Of a stretch of DNA of 31,603 nucleotides, positions 16,505 through 25,763 are shown in pieces (position 1 is the first letter of the stretch; the number at the start of each line of letters is the position of its first letter). The notes below the pieces were generated by a model. That model did not search any database. It was given only the letters and a program-made list of their open reading frames with translations, and was not told the origin of the DNA. The DNA is from Candidatus Falkowbacteria bacterium CG10_big_fil_rev_8_21_14_0_10_39_9. GTDB taxonomy: Bacteria; Patescibacteriota; Patescibacteriia; Patescibacteriales; UBA12465. The DNA is taken from positions 1-31,603 of the forward strand of contig PFAQ01000017.1 of assembly GCA_002778645.1 (NCBI GenBank). Direction: 5' to 3'. A program made the position numbers and the translations under genes.

Positions 16505-17122
16505 TATGATTATATCTTTAATAGGAGCAAAACTGCGTCGATGAATAGGGCAGGGGCCATATTCTAAAATTTTAGCTAGATGAAGTTTGGTACCGTAGCC
16601 TTTATGTTGGGAGAATTTATATTCAGGATATTTTTGATCTAGCTCGGCCATTAGATAGTCTCGACTAACTTTAGCAATGATGGAGGCGGCGGCGATACAG
16701 AAAATTTTGCCATCACCTTCTTTAATGGCTTCCTGGGGGAGCTTTAACCGCGGAATGCTTAGACCGCCATCAACTAGAATATAATCGGGAGTGATAGCCA
16801 TCTGCTTGATAGCTTTTTTCATAGCCAGAAAAGTAGCTTGGAGAATATTGATCTCGTCAATAATTTTATGATCGCAGACGCCAATAGCCACGGCTACGGC
16901 TTTAGCTTTAATGACGGTAAATATTTTTTCGCGTTGTTTGGCAGATAATTTTTTAGAATCTCTGACTAATTCTAACTCCGGTCCGGAGATGACGAATTTT
17001 TTATCCACCACTACACAGGCCGCCACCACCGGTCCGGCTAAGGGACCTCGACCAGCTTCGTCTATACCGCCAATTAAGTTGTAACCTTCTTGAAAGAGGG
17101 TCTGTTCTTTATCTAAATTCAT
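16499..17122 (-). CDS. rnhB: Ribonuclease HII (ATG at 17122)
   Basis: GGIDEAGRGPLAGPVVAA, DSKKL, DEINILQAT, IAAASIIAKVSRD and HKGYGT. Confidence 0.96.
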   Translation of the reverse strand: MNLDKEQTLFQEGYNLIGGIDEAGRGPLAGPVVAACVVVDKKFVISGPELELVRDSKKLSAKQREKIFTVIKAKAVAVAIGVCDHKIIDEINILQATFLAMKKAIKQMAITPDYILVDGGLSIPRLKLPQEAIKEGDGKIFCIAAASIIAKVSRDYLMAELDQKYPEYKFSQHKGYGTKLHLAKILEYGPCPIHRRSFAPIKDIIIK

Positions 17123-17131
17123 AATGCTTTT

Positions 17132-17140
17132 ATTATAGCA
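17132..17140 (-). promoter_or_regulatory. Extended -10 for rnhB
   Basis: Minus-strand TGCTATAAT ending 9 nt before the ATG. Confidence 0.6.
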
Positions 17141-17146
17141 TAAAAT

Positions 17147-17171
17147 AAAAAAAGCTATCTTGGTGATAGCT
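17147..17171 (-). terminator. Terminator of ORF 17188..17481
   Basis: agctatc-ttggt-gatagct with a minus-strand U-tract. Confidence 0.6.
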
Positions 17172-17187
17172 CTTCTTTTTTTGTGGT

Positions 17188-17481
17188 TCATGGATTTCTT
17201 TCTATCCATTCCCTGGCTTTTTGTGGGCTGTAAAAAATAGCCATATGGCTATTTTTTATATGGTCCAAAACGGTAAATATTTTTTTAAATCCCATGGTTT
17301 TTTCTAGATAATTTTCTAGAATCAGAACATTATATTTGTCATTAACAATATCTCTGATATCTTTTGGGATTTGAAATCCGTTGTCGGCAGCCAAACCGAT
17401 TAATTCTTCTATTTCTTTTTGATTATTTCGGCAAGAGATATGAATTCTCTTGCACGACCATTCTTGGGTAGAATCAGACAT
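17188..17481 (-). CDS. Hypothetical protein (97 aa)
   Basis: Open frame with a minus-strand TTGACA-17-TAATAT upstream and a terminator downstream. The C-terminal FYSPQKAREWI weakly recalls SpoIIAA-like proteins. Confidence 0.6.
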   Translation of the reverse strand: MSDSTQEWSCKRIHISCRNNQKEIEELIGLAADNGFQIPKDIRDIVNDKYNVLILENYLEKTMGFKKIFTVLDHIKNSHMAIFYSPQKAREWIERNP

Positions 17482-17569
17482 TATTTTGAGATTTTTGGTT
17501 TGCCACTATATTATAATAATGATGCAGGTTTGTCAATACTAGCAATTCTTTGGTTTTGGGCTTTAATTA

Positions 17570-17578
17570 TGGTATAAT
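17570..17578 (+). promoter_or_regulatory. Extended -10 placed for a leaderless transcript
   Basis: TGGTATAAT ends 6 nt before ATG 17585. Confidence 0.65.
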
Positions 17579-17584
17579 TGATTT

Positions 17585-18100
17585 ATGAAATTGTATTACT
17601 TTTATGCCATTTTGACGGCCCCGGGGGTAATTGTGCATGAGTTGGCTCATGCGCTTTTTTGTCTCTTGAGCGGGGTCAAGATCTATAAGATCAATTTATT
17701 TCGCTTTCAGAAGGTTGCCGGCTATGTAGTCCATGAAGAACCCAAGGGCTTTATGAGCAGTTGGCTCATATCTTTCGGTCCGCTGATAGTTAATTCCTAT
17801 TTAGCCATGTTCTTGCTGTCTCAGATTAGACCAGTCTATGATTGGCGTGACTTGTTATTCTTATATTTGGGAATAACTATTGCCTTACAAGCCATTCCCT
17901 CAACGGGGGATGCTGAGTCTCTGTGGCAAATGGCTAATCGTAATTTCTGGAAAAATCCCTTGGTAATTTTATTGTATCCCCTAGTTCTATTGTTATATTT
18001 ATTAAACCTATTAAAGCGATTTTATTTTGACTGGGTTTATGCTATCTTTTTATTATATATAGCTCAAGTTTATTTTATTAATTATATAAAATTATTATGA
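17585..18100 (+). CDS. Membrane metallopeptidase-like protein (M50-related, HExxH)
   Basis: GVIVHELAHALFC, ISFGPL, IPSTGDA and several TM segments. Confidence 0.75.
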   Translation: MKLYYFYAILTAPGVIVHELAHALFCLLSGVKIYKINLFRFQKVAGYVVHEEPKGFMSSWLISFGPLIVNSYLAMFLLSQIRPVYDWRDLLFLYLGITIALQAIPSTGDAESLWQMANRNFWKNPLVILLYPLVLLLYLLNLLKRFYFDWVYAIFLLYIAQVYFINYIKLL

Positions 18101-19464
18101 TTAAGTTATCTTTTCATGGAGCCTGTCGCGAAGTGACCGGTTCTTGTAATCTCTTGGATCATGAAGGCAAGAAGTTCTTGGTAGATTGTGGTATTTTTCA
18201 AGGAGAACGGTTCGCGGCCGAACGTAATTTAGAAGATTTTCATTTCGATCCGGCGGAAATTAAATACGTTTTTTTGACCCATGCCCACGTTGATCATTGT
18301 GGCCGTTTACCGAAACTTTATAAAGATGGTTTTCGCGGTCAAATTTTTTGTACAGAGCCGACTCGAGATTTAGTGGAGATTATGTTGCTGGATGCTGCCC
18401 GGATTATTGCTCATGAAGCTTTGGCTGGTGGTCATGAGGCTTTATATACTGAGGAGGATGTTGCGGGTTTGATGAATCACTTTGAGCTTTTACCTTATGA
18501 CCAAATAAGCTTTATTGATGATAACATTAAAGTTAAATTTCGGGATGCCGGCCATATTTTAGGTTCAGCCTTTATTGAGTTTTATATTCTGGATGAGGGC
18601 CGCGAAAAAAAATTGGTTTTCTCTGGCGATTTAGGTAATTCACCCTCACCGATTATTCGTGATCTAGAGTTTGCTGATGGCGCTGATTATGTGGTGGCGG
18701 AATCAACTTATGCCAGCGGGGTACACGAAACTAAAGAAGCCGGAGTAGAGAAATTGCGGGAGGCAATTATTGAAACGGTTGGTTTGGGTGGAGTTTTAAT
18801 GATTCCCATTTTTGTGATTGAGAAAACTCAGGAAATTTTGTTTGAATTAAATTATTTAATGGAAAACAAAAAGATTCCTCGAGTCCCAATTTTTCTCGAT
18901 AGTCCGCTGGCTATTAGGGCGGTGGAGATTTATCGTCACTTTGAAGATTTATATAACCGCAATTCTTGGAACTTAATTCAATCGGGTGATGACATTTTTG
19001 ATTTTCCGGGGTTAAAGTTTACGCTCACCAAAGAAGAGTCGAAAAAGATTAATGTCACTCAACCCCCGAAAGTTATTTTGGCTTCCTCGGGGATGTGTGT
19101 AGGGGGGAGAATTCCATTTCATTTAAAGTTGAATTTGGATAATAAACGAAATCACTTGCTCTTTGTGGCTTATCAAGCCCAAGGCTCACTGGGACGCAAA
19201 ATTATGCAGGGCGACAGGACTGTTTTTATTGACAACCAGTCAGTCGAGGTTTTAGCTAAAGTCTCGGTGATTAATTCTTTTTCCTCTCATGCTGATGGTC
19301 CTCGTATTATGGATTGGTTGCAGCACATTAAGGGCCCCAAGCCGAAAACTATCTTTGTTAGCCATGGTGAAGAGGAATCTAGTCAGTTTTTGGCCGAGAA
19401 GGTTATCAAAGATTTAAAAGTGAAGGCGGTGGTGCCGGAGTCCGGCATGGTTTATGAATTATAA
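18097..19464 (+). CDS. MBL-fold beta-CASP ribonuclease (YSH1/CPSF-like)
   Basis: THAHVDHCG, AGHILGS, FSGDLG, ESTY, ASSGMCVGGR and FSSHADG...VSHGE. Confidence 0.92.
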   Translation: MIKLSFHGACREVTGSCNLLDHEGKKFLVDCGIFQGERFAAERNLEDFHFDPAEIKYVFLTHAHVDHCGRLPKLYKDGFRGQIFCTEPTRDLVEIMLLDAARIIAHEALAGGHEALYTEEDVAGLMNHFELLPYDQISFIDDNIKVKFRDAGHILGSAFIEFYILDEGREKKLVFSGDLGNSPSPIIRDLEFADGADYVVAESTYASGVHETKEAGVEKLREAIIETVGLGGVLMIPIFVIEKTQEILFELNYLMENKKIPRVPIFLDSPLAIRAVEIYRHFEDLYNRNSWNLIQSGDDIFDFPGLKFTLTKEESKKINVTQPPKVILASSGMCVGGRIPFHLKLNLDNKRNHLLFVAYQAQGSLGRKIMQGDRTVFIDNQSVEVLAKVSVINSFSSHADGPRIMDWLQHIKGPKPKTIFVSHGEEESSQFLAEKVIKDLKVKAVVPESGMVYEL

Positions 19465-19482
19465 TTATTAAATAATAAAAAT

Positions 19483-19821
19483 ATGAAATTAATTATTCGA
19501 TTATTGTTAAATGCTTTCGCTCTTTTGATCGCGCCCTATTTCATTGTAGGAGTTAACGTGGCTAGTTTTTATACCGCAATTATTGCCGCTATTATTTTGG
19601 GCTTAGTGAATGCTGTGATTCGCCCTATTTTAGTTATTCTAACTTTACCAATCACTGTCTTGACTCTGGGTTTGTTTACTTTAGTCATTAATTCTTTATT
19701 AGTTTTATTTGTGGCTAGTTTTGTTAAGGGCTTTTCCGTGATTGGTTTCTGGCCTGCCTTCTTCTTATCTTTATTCTTGTGGCTGACCTCTTGGATTACT
19801 AATTGGATGTTAAAAGATTAA
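19483..19821 (+). CDS. Phage holin family IV / YvlD (DUF360) membrane protein
   Basis: AAIILGLVNAVIRPILVILTLPITVLTLGLFTLVIN signature with 4 TM segments. Confidence 0.9.
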   Translation: MKLIIRLLLNAFALLIAPYFIVGVNVASFYTAIIAAIILGLVNAVIRPILVILTLPITVLTLGLFTLVINSLLVLFVASFVKGFSVIGFWPAFFLSLFLWLTSWITNWMLKD

Positions 19822-19826
19822 TCTTT

Positions 19827-20597
19827 ATGTCGATCTATTATAACCCCAACAAGACGAAAAACTTATTTGATCCTCTGAGTGCTACTCCTTTCAAATTGAG
19901 TCGCTCCAAGATTGATTTGTTTTTGCATTGTCCGCGTTGCTTTTATTTGGATCGTCGTCTGGGGGTAACGTCACCACCTGGCTTTCCGTTTAACCTCAAT
20001 AGTGCGGTTGATACCTTATTGAAAAAAGAATTTGATATCCACCGAGCCCAAAATTCAAGCCATCCACTGGTAGCTGCTTATGGCTTAGATCTAGTACCCT
20101 TTAAGCATCCGGCTTTAAATGAGTGGCGGACTAATTTCACCGGGGTCAAATATTTACATCCGGCCACTAATTTTTTTGTCTTTGGGGCCGTGGATGATAT
20201 TTGGGTAGACAATAAAAAAGTTTTGTATGTGGTGGATTATAAATCAACCAGCAAGGAGAGTGAGGTTAACATTGATGCCGACTGGCAGATAGCTTACAAA
20301 CGACAGATGGAAGTCTACCAATGGTTATTGCGGCACAACAATTTTACCGTTTCCAATACTGGTTATTTTGTTTATTGTAATGGTTTAACCGACAAAAAAG
20401 CCTTTGATGCTAAGCTGGAATTTGATATTAAACTGATTCCTTATGTGGGTGACGACGGTTGGCTGGAGACCACTCTTTTGGCAGCTAAGGCCTGTTTGTC
20501 GTCAAATGATATCCCCGCCCCGGGAGCCGATTGTGACTATTGCCAATATGTGGCGGCGGTTAATAATACTTTAAAAATTCAAACTAGCTTATTTTAA
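19827..20597 (+). CDS. PD-(D/E)XK nuclease with Cys cluster (Cas4/AddB-like, PDDEXK_1); ATG at 19827
   Basis: LSRSKID.F..CPRCFY, GAVDDI, VVDYKST, YKRQMEVY and C-terminal CDYC. Confidence 0.85.
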   Translation: MSIYYNPNKTKNLFDPLSATPFKLSRSKIDLFLHCPRCFYLDRRLGVTSPPGFPFNLNSAVDTLLKKEFDIHRAQNSSHPLVAAYGLDLVPFKHPALNEWRTNFTGVKYLHPATNFFVFGAVDDIWVDNKKVLYVVDYKSTSKESEVNIDADWQIAYKRQMEVYQWLLRHNNFTVSNTGYFVYCNGLTDKKAFDAKLEFDIKLIPYVGDDGWLETTLLAAKACLSSNDIPAPGADCDYCQYVAAVNNTLKIQTSLF

Positions 20598-20601
20598 TAA
20601 T

Positions 20602-21075
20602 ATGAGTGAAATATTAAAATTTTATAAATTACCTCGAACAGTCTTAACTTTTAATCTGTTTCGAGTGTTAGGTGTTTGGTTGGTAGGCGTGGTGCCAACC
20701 TGGTTTCTAAGTCGTGATCTAAAATTAACCCAAGTTTTGGCGGTAATTTTGTTAGTTTTTGGTGTGATTATTTTTTTTGTGTCTTATCTAGAATATTCTA
20801 ATTTTAGCTTAGAGTTGGGGGCCAAGAGCTTGACTGTGAAGTCGGGAATTATTATTAAAAAAAATAAAACCATTGCCTTCGATTTAATTCAGAGCCTGGA
20901 TATTAATTATGATCCGCTTATTAAAATTTTTGATTTAGTCCGGGTAAAAATTTGGACTTCTTCTCCTCAGCAAATCAATCTTAATTCGGGTGAAAGTAAT
21001 AATCAGTCGGAGCTGTATTTTTATCTTAGTTCAGAGGACGCTGAGGTTTTGAAACAAATGATAGTAGTTAAATAG
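20602..21075 (+). CDS. Bacterial PH-domain (bPH_2/YdbS-like) membrane protein
   Basis: Two TM helices, then VKSGIIIKKNKTIAFDLIQSLDI...PL..IF.L..V.I.TSS. Confidence 0.78.
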   Translation: MSEILKFYKLPRTVLTFNLFRVLGVWLVGVVPTWFLSRDLKLTQVLAVILLVFGVIIFFVSYLEYSNFSLELGAKSLTVKSGIIIKKNKTIAFDLIQSLDINYDPLIKIFDLVRVKIWTSSPQQINLNSGESNNQSELYFYLSSEDAEVLKQMIVVK

Positions 21076-21076
21076 T

Positions 21077-21385
21077 ATGAAAGGCCACAAAATTCGTTTA
21101 CCTAAAAGAAATAAATATCAGAAGATGGTTGAAGCCACTTTGGATTTACACGGTCTGTATCAAGCTGAGGCCGAAGAAGCGGTGGTTAATTTCCTAAATG
21201 AAACTAAAAACCGTGGTTGTCGCTTAGTGCGGATTATCCCCGGTAAGGGAATTCATTCGGTTGATGGTTATGGCGTTTTAAATGATCTGGTGCGACGGCT
21301 CCTGCAGGAGTGGGGTTATAAATTTAACTCAGCCAAGATTAATGATGGGGGCGAGGGCGCTTTGGATATTAATTTAGAAAAGTAA
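21077..21385 (+). CDS. Stand-alone Smr domain protein
   Basis: TLDLHGL...EA, RIIPGKGIHS and GGEGAL. Confidence 0.9.
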   Translation: MKGHKIRLPKRNKYQKMVEATLDLHGLYQAEAEEAVVNFLNETKNRGCRLVRIIPGKGIHSVDGYGVLNDLVRRLLQEWGYKFNSAKINDGGEGALDINLEK

Positions 21386-21389
21386 TTAT

Positions 21390-22091
21390 ATGGCTCAGAC
21401 TAAAATCGAAAAGGAATTGCGAGTTCAGGCCAATCCCGAGAAAGCCAAGATCCTATCATATTTTTTTAAGACCGGAGTAGGGCAATATGGCGCAGGTGAT
21501 GTCTTTTGGGGAGTAATGGTACCCCAACAGAGGACTGTGGCTAAGAATAATATTTCAGCCTCACGGGATGAGATTCAGATTTTATTAAATTCTAAGGTTC
21601 ACGAATTTCGGCTCACTGCTCTTTTGACGCTAGTTTTGCAATATGAAAAAGCGACCGATCCAGAGAAGAAGATTCTCGTTAAATTTTACTTAAAAAACAC
21701 CAATAATATAAACAATTGGGATTTAGTTGACCTATCGGCCCCCAAGATTTTAGGCCATTATCTACTGGGTAAAGACAGAAAGGTATTATACAAGTTGGCC
21801 ATTTCTAAAAATCTTTGGGAAAGACGAATCGCTATTCTGTCTACCTATGCTTTTATCAAAGAAAAACAGTTTGAGGATACTATAAAAATTGCCACCATTC
21901 TACTCGACGACAATCATGACCTAATCCAAAAAGCAGTCGGTTGGATGCTCCGAGAGGTGGGGAAGCGAAATGTAAAAACTGAGTTGAAATTTTTAGATAA
22001 GTATTCAAAAACAATGCCTCGGACTATGCTCCGGTATGCCATTGAGAAGTTTCCGGAAAATCAACGGCAGGAATTTTTAAATAAAAAATAA
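21390..22091 (+). CDS. DNA alkylation repair protein (AlkD-like HEAT repeat)
   Basis: INNWDLVDLSAP, LWERRIAI, IQKAVGWMLREVGKR and MPRTMLRYAIEK. Confidence 0.9.
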   Translation: MAQTKIEKELRVQANPEKAKILSYFFKTGVGQYGAGDVFWGVMVPQQRTVAKNNISASRDEIQILLNSKVHEFRLTALLTLVLQYEKATDPEKKILVKFYLKNTNNINNWDLVDLSAPKILGHYLLGKDRKVLYKLAISKNLWERRIAILSTYAFIKEKQFEDTIKIATILLDDNHDLIQKAVGWMLREVGKRNVKTELKFLDKYSKTMPRTMLRYAIEKFPENQRQEFLNKK

Positions 22092-22102
22092 TTTATAATG
22101 AT

Positions 22103-23095
22103 ATGGGACTAAACATTGTTGGTAAACTGGATCTAAGTCAGTTTGATAGAAGGCCGAAGGCTGAAAAGTCGGTTGCTTCTAAAAAGACAGGCTTTAACGA
22201 ATACCAAGAAAGTCTGGATCGGCAATTAGATAAGATGGCGGGTCAGATTAATGACCAGTATGGTTATTTTGTGGATAAGACTGCCAATATTTCCCTTGAT
22301 AGTTATCCGGCTGATTTTTATGATCGTGCTAAAGCTGATAAATATGTAGATGACTTAAAAAATATTTTTGTTGAGAAGTCTGGTCAAAGTCGAGAAGTGT
22401 GGGAAAAAGAACAAGAAAAAAAAGATGGCATAGTAACCGAAAAAGTTCTGGTGTTGTTGTTTCATAAAATTATGGGCGCTCGGGGCGATGGTTTTCTGAC
22501 AGTTCGCTCTTCCACCTTTGATGACTATCACGGAGTAGATACGGTTATTATTGACGAGGAAAGTGGTAATGCTATTTGTGGTTTTGATGAGATGAGTGCT
22601 AATGAAAATACTTCGCTGGCCGAAAAGGGAGATAAAATTAGCCGTAAGGTTATCTCTCGAAATGGGGCCTATATTCAGTATGGGGCCACGATTAAAGACC
22701 AGAAGTTGGAAAAAAAGTCTTTGAAAAATGTCCCCGCTTTTTACTTGGCTCTATCTCATAAAGATTTAGAAGAAGTTTTGCCAAACTTAGAGGGTAAGGA
22801 TGTTGGCCCAGTGGAATTGAAAACTTTTCAAAAACTAATTACTTCTTTAGAGCAGCAATTGGCTAATCTCTATTGGGAATTTGATGATGTTGACATTGCT
22901 GTTTTACATCAGAAACAAGAAGATTTGAAGAAAGAAAAAGAAATAATTAAGAAGAATAATCCCGACATTCCCTTTTTTGAAATGGAGGCCGGCAGAAATT
23001 GGAGAAAGGCTCAGGGAGAAAATAATTTTAGAATCAATATTTTAAACTTTAAAAAATCACTAGTCAAAATGAAAAAAATGGCTGGCTTAGAATAA
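22103..23095 (+). CDS. Hypothetical protein, possible restriction-endonuclease-like fold
   Basis: 330 aa ORF tightly coupled to its neighbours. GIVTEK...[13 protein letters not shown]...ICGFDE resembles a degenerate PD-(D/E)XK core. Confidence 0.7.
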   Translation: MGLNIVGKLDLSQFDRRPKAEKSVASKKTGFNEYQESLDRQLDKMAGQINDQYGYFVDKTANISLDSYPADFYDRAKADKYVDDLKNIFVEKSGQSREVWEKEQEKKDGIVTEKVLVLLFHKIMGARGDGFLTVRSSTFDDYHGVDTVIIDEESGNAICGFDEMSANENTSLAEKGDKISRKVISRNGAYIQYGATIKDQKLEKKSLKNVPAFYLALSHKDLEEVLPNLEGKDVGPVELKTFQKLITSLEQQLANLYWEFDDVDIAVLHQKQEDLKKEKEIIKKNNPDIPFFEMEAGRNWRKAQGENNFRINILNFKKSLVKMKKMAGLE

Positions 23096-23096
23096 T

Positions 23097-24467
23097 ATGT
23101 CCGAACTATTTTTATACAACACTTTAAGTCGCGAACTGGAAAAATTTATTCCGGGTAGTTCTGATTTGGTTGGACTCTATACCTGTGGTCCCACAGTCTA
23201 TAATTTTGCCCATATCGGCAATCTGCGCACCTATCTCTTTGAAGATATTCTGAAACGAGTCTTGACCTATAATGGTTATAACGTCAAACACGTTATGAAT
23301 ATTACCGACGTGGGACATTTAGTGGGTGATGCTGATGGCGGAGAAGATAAGATTGAAGTGGGGGCTAAAAGAGAAGGGCGGAGTGCTTGGGAAATTGCGG
23401 AATTTTATACCCAAGCTTTCAAAAAAGATTTAGCCGCTTTGAATATTATTGAACCCAATATTTGGTGCAAGGCCACGGACAATATCGCCGAACAGATTAA
23501 ATTGATCAAGATCCTAGAGACTAAGGGTTATACTTATAGTACTCCGGATGGAGTTTATTTTGATACCGCTAAATTTCCCAACTACAATAAGCTCAGTCAT
23601 CTAGATTTAGATAAATTGCGGGAAGGGGCGCGGGTTGAAATAAATGTCGCCAAGAAAAATCCGACCGATTTTGCCTTGTGGAAATTTTCTCCCGGGGGCG
23701 CTAAGCGGCAAATGGAATGGGATTCACCTTGGGGAGTTGGTTTTCCCGGTTGGCACATTGAGTGCTCGGCTATGAGCCTCAAATTTCTGGGTGATAATCT
23801 GGATATTCATTGCGGCGGGATTGATCATATTAATGTTCATCATACTAATGAAATTGCCCAGAGCGAAGTAGCGACAGGTAAACAATTTTTTAAATATTGG
23901 CTCCATGGCGCTTTCCTGAATATCGCCGGGGGTAAGAAGATGGCTAAAAGCGATGACAATTTTTTGACTCTAGATAACGCCTTAATTGCCAAAAATATTA
24001 ACCCCCTTGCTTATCGCTATGCCATGCTCAGTGTCCATTATCGCAAGCCGATGGAATATAGTGAAGAGATTATCAGAAACGCTGAGAGTGGTCTGGATCA
24101 TCTGCGCCATCAAGTGAGTGACTTGGGTAGTGAGATGGGCGAGATTAATAAGGAATATAAATATCGTTTTTTGGAGGTTATAAATGACGATCTAAATTTA
24201 CCTCAAGCTCTGGCCATAGTGTCGGAGATGTTGAAATCGAAATTAAGTCAGGCTGATAAGTTGGCGACTATTTTAGATTTTGATTTAGTTTTGGGACTCG
24301 ATTTAGAAGAAAAAATTCCGGCTGAGATTATAGCTTTAGCCAATGAAAGAGAAGAGGCTAGAATTAGTCGAGATTGGATGCGCTCAGATGAATTGCGCCA
24401 GATAATTGAAGACCAAGGATATTTACTAAAAGACGGCCCGAGTGGCTTTACTCTAATGCGGAAATAA
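23097..24467 (+). CDS. cysS: Cysteine--tRNA ligase
   Basis: [35 protein letters not shown]...HHTNE and KMAKS. Confidence 0.97.
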   Translation: MSELFLYNTLSRELEKFIPGSSDLVGLYTCGPTVYNFAHIGNLRTYLFEDILKRVLTYNGYNVKHVMNITDVGHLVGDADGGEDKIEVGAKREGRSAWEIAEFYTQAFKKDLAALNIIEPNIWCKATDNIAEQIKLIKILETKGYTYSTPDGVYFDTAKFPNYNKLSHLDLDKLREGARVEINVAKKNPTDFALWKFSPGGAKRQMEWDSPWGVGFPGWHIECSAMSLKFLGDNLDIHCGGIDHINVHHTNEIAQSEVATGKQFFKYWLHGAFLNIAGGKKMAKSDDNFLTLDNALIAKNINPLAYRYAMLSVHYRKPMEYSEEIIRNAESGLDHLRHQVSDLGSEMGEINKEYKYRFLEVINDDLNLPQALAIVSEMLKSKLSQADKLATILDFDLVLGLDLEEKIPAEIIALANEREEARISRDWMRSDELRQIIEDQGYLLKDGPSGFTLMRK

Positions 24468-24469
24468 TT

Positions 24470-25399
24470 ATGGCAATTAATTTTTGGCGGAAACTGAAGC
24501 GTCCGATTTTAGCGATGGCCCCACTAGCTGGACTAACCGATAGTCCGTTTCGGATTTTGGTAAAAAAATATGGCGCCACCGTTTTATATAGTGAGATGGT
24601 CAGTGCGACTGCCTTGTTTTATAACCCAGAGGAGACCTTGAAATTATTACAATTTACCAAAACTGAGCGACCCTATGTAGTTCAATTATTCGGTTCTGAT
24701 CCGAATCACTTTGCGGTAGCCGTTAAAATTATTGAGAAAAAGATTAAGCCGGATGGAATTGATATCAACTTTGGTTGTCCGGTTAGAAAAGTTACTAAGC
24801 AAGGATCTGGTTCAGCCCTGATGGCCAACTTAACACAATCACGCGCGGTGATTGAAGCGGTTTTGGCTAATACTAAATTACCCGTTTCGATTAAAGTCCG
24901 GACTGAATCGGGGAAAGTAAAATTAAAAGATTTTTTACAAAATATTTCCGATCTGAAAATTGCCGCCTTGATGATTCATGGTCGTACCTTGAAGCAGGGC
25001 TTTAATGGAGCGATAGATTTGCAGGCCATCAAAGAAGCTCGGCAATATTTTTCTGGTGTTATTCTGGCTAATGGGGGCATTGATAGTCGCTTTGAAATGG
25101 AGCGAGTTCTCTTGGCAACCGGAGCCGATGGCGTAGGAATTGGTCGTGGCGCCTTGGGTCGTCCTTGGATTTTTCAAGAATTAACAAAACCGAAATTTAA
25201 AATCAACCAAGAACAGATTTTTAAAATCGCTTATCGCCACTCTCAATTAATGTTCAAGCAAAAAGGCCTTCCGGGAATTTTGGAAATGCGCAAGCATTTA
25301 TGCTGGTACGTAAACGGTCTCTCTGGTGCCAAGAAGCTGAGAGAAAAAATGGTGCGGGTGGAGAGTTTAGAAGATATAAAAAAAGTTTTAGCTTTATAA
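24470..25399 (+). CDS. tRNA-dihydrouridine synthase (DusB-like)
   Basis: LAMAPLAG, VQLFGSDP, IDINFGCP, IHGRT, ANGGI and GRGALGRPWIF. Confidence 0.93.
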   Translation: MAINFWRKLKRPILAMAPLAGLTDSPFRILVKKYGATVLYSEMVSATALFYNPEETLKLLQFTKTERPYVVQLFGSDPNHFAVAVKIIEKKIKPDGIDINFGCPVRKVTKQGSGSALMANLTQSRAVIEAVLANTKLPVSIKVRTESGKVKLKDFLQNISDLKIAALMIHGRTLKQGFNGAIDLQAIKEARQYFSGVILANGGIDSRFEMERVLLATGADGVGIGRGALGRPWIFQELTKPKFKINQEQIFKIAYRHSQLMFKQKGLPGILEMRKHLCWYVNGLSGAKKLREKMVRVESLEDIKKVLAL

Positions 25400-25401
25400 T
25401 T

Positions 25402-25758
25402 ATGACTTTATACATTGATACTTCCGATCGCAGCCTCATTATCCTGGCTTTAAAGTTGGGGACCAAGGTTTTAACCACTAAGTCTTTTCTGCCCCCGCAA
25501 AAACAAGCGGAGAGATTACTGGTGGAGATTGATAAGCTGCTGAAAAAGAATAAAGCGACCCTGAAGGCTTTAAAACAAATTGAAGTTATGGAAAAAGGCA
25601 GTAGCTTTACGGCGCTGAGAATCGGAGTTTTGACAGCTAATGCCTTGGCCTATGCTTTAAATATTTCAGTAGTTTCCGCTGGTGGCCAGAAGACTTTAGG
25701 GAAAAGGGGCCTGAGCGTGGTGGCGCCAGAATACGATAGATTACCTAATATTGGATAA
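25402..25758 (+). CDS. tsaB: Short TsaB (tRNA t6A biosynthesis), 118 aa; ATG at 25402
   Basis: LYIDTS, AERLLVEIDKLL, GSSFTALRIGVLTANALAYAL and APEY. Confidence 0.8.
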   Translation: MTLYIDTSDRSLIILALKLGTKVLTTKSFLPPQKQAERLLVEIDKLLKKNKATLKALKQIEVMEKGSSFTALRIGVLTANALAYALNISVVSAGGQKTLGKRGLSVVAPEYDRLPNIG

Positions 25759-25763
25759 AATAT

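Noticed and set aside
19483-20597. Prophage or CRISPR-Cas remnant suggested by the holin-family and Cas4-like genes
   Set aside because: No integrase, capsid, terminase, endolysin, cas1/cas2 or repeat-spacer array is present. Both families commonly occur as chromosomal solo genes.
25300-25401. 34-aa N-terminal extension of TsaB overlapping dus
   Set aside because: Homology starts at MTLYIDTS (25402), two nt after the dus stop. Extensions of rfbB (10992), rnhB (17209), the nuclease (19803) and the antitoxin (7476) were trimmed for the same reason.
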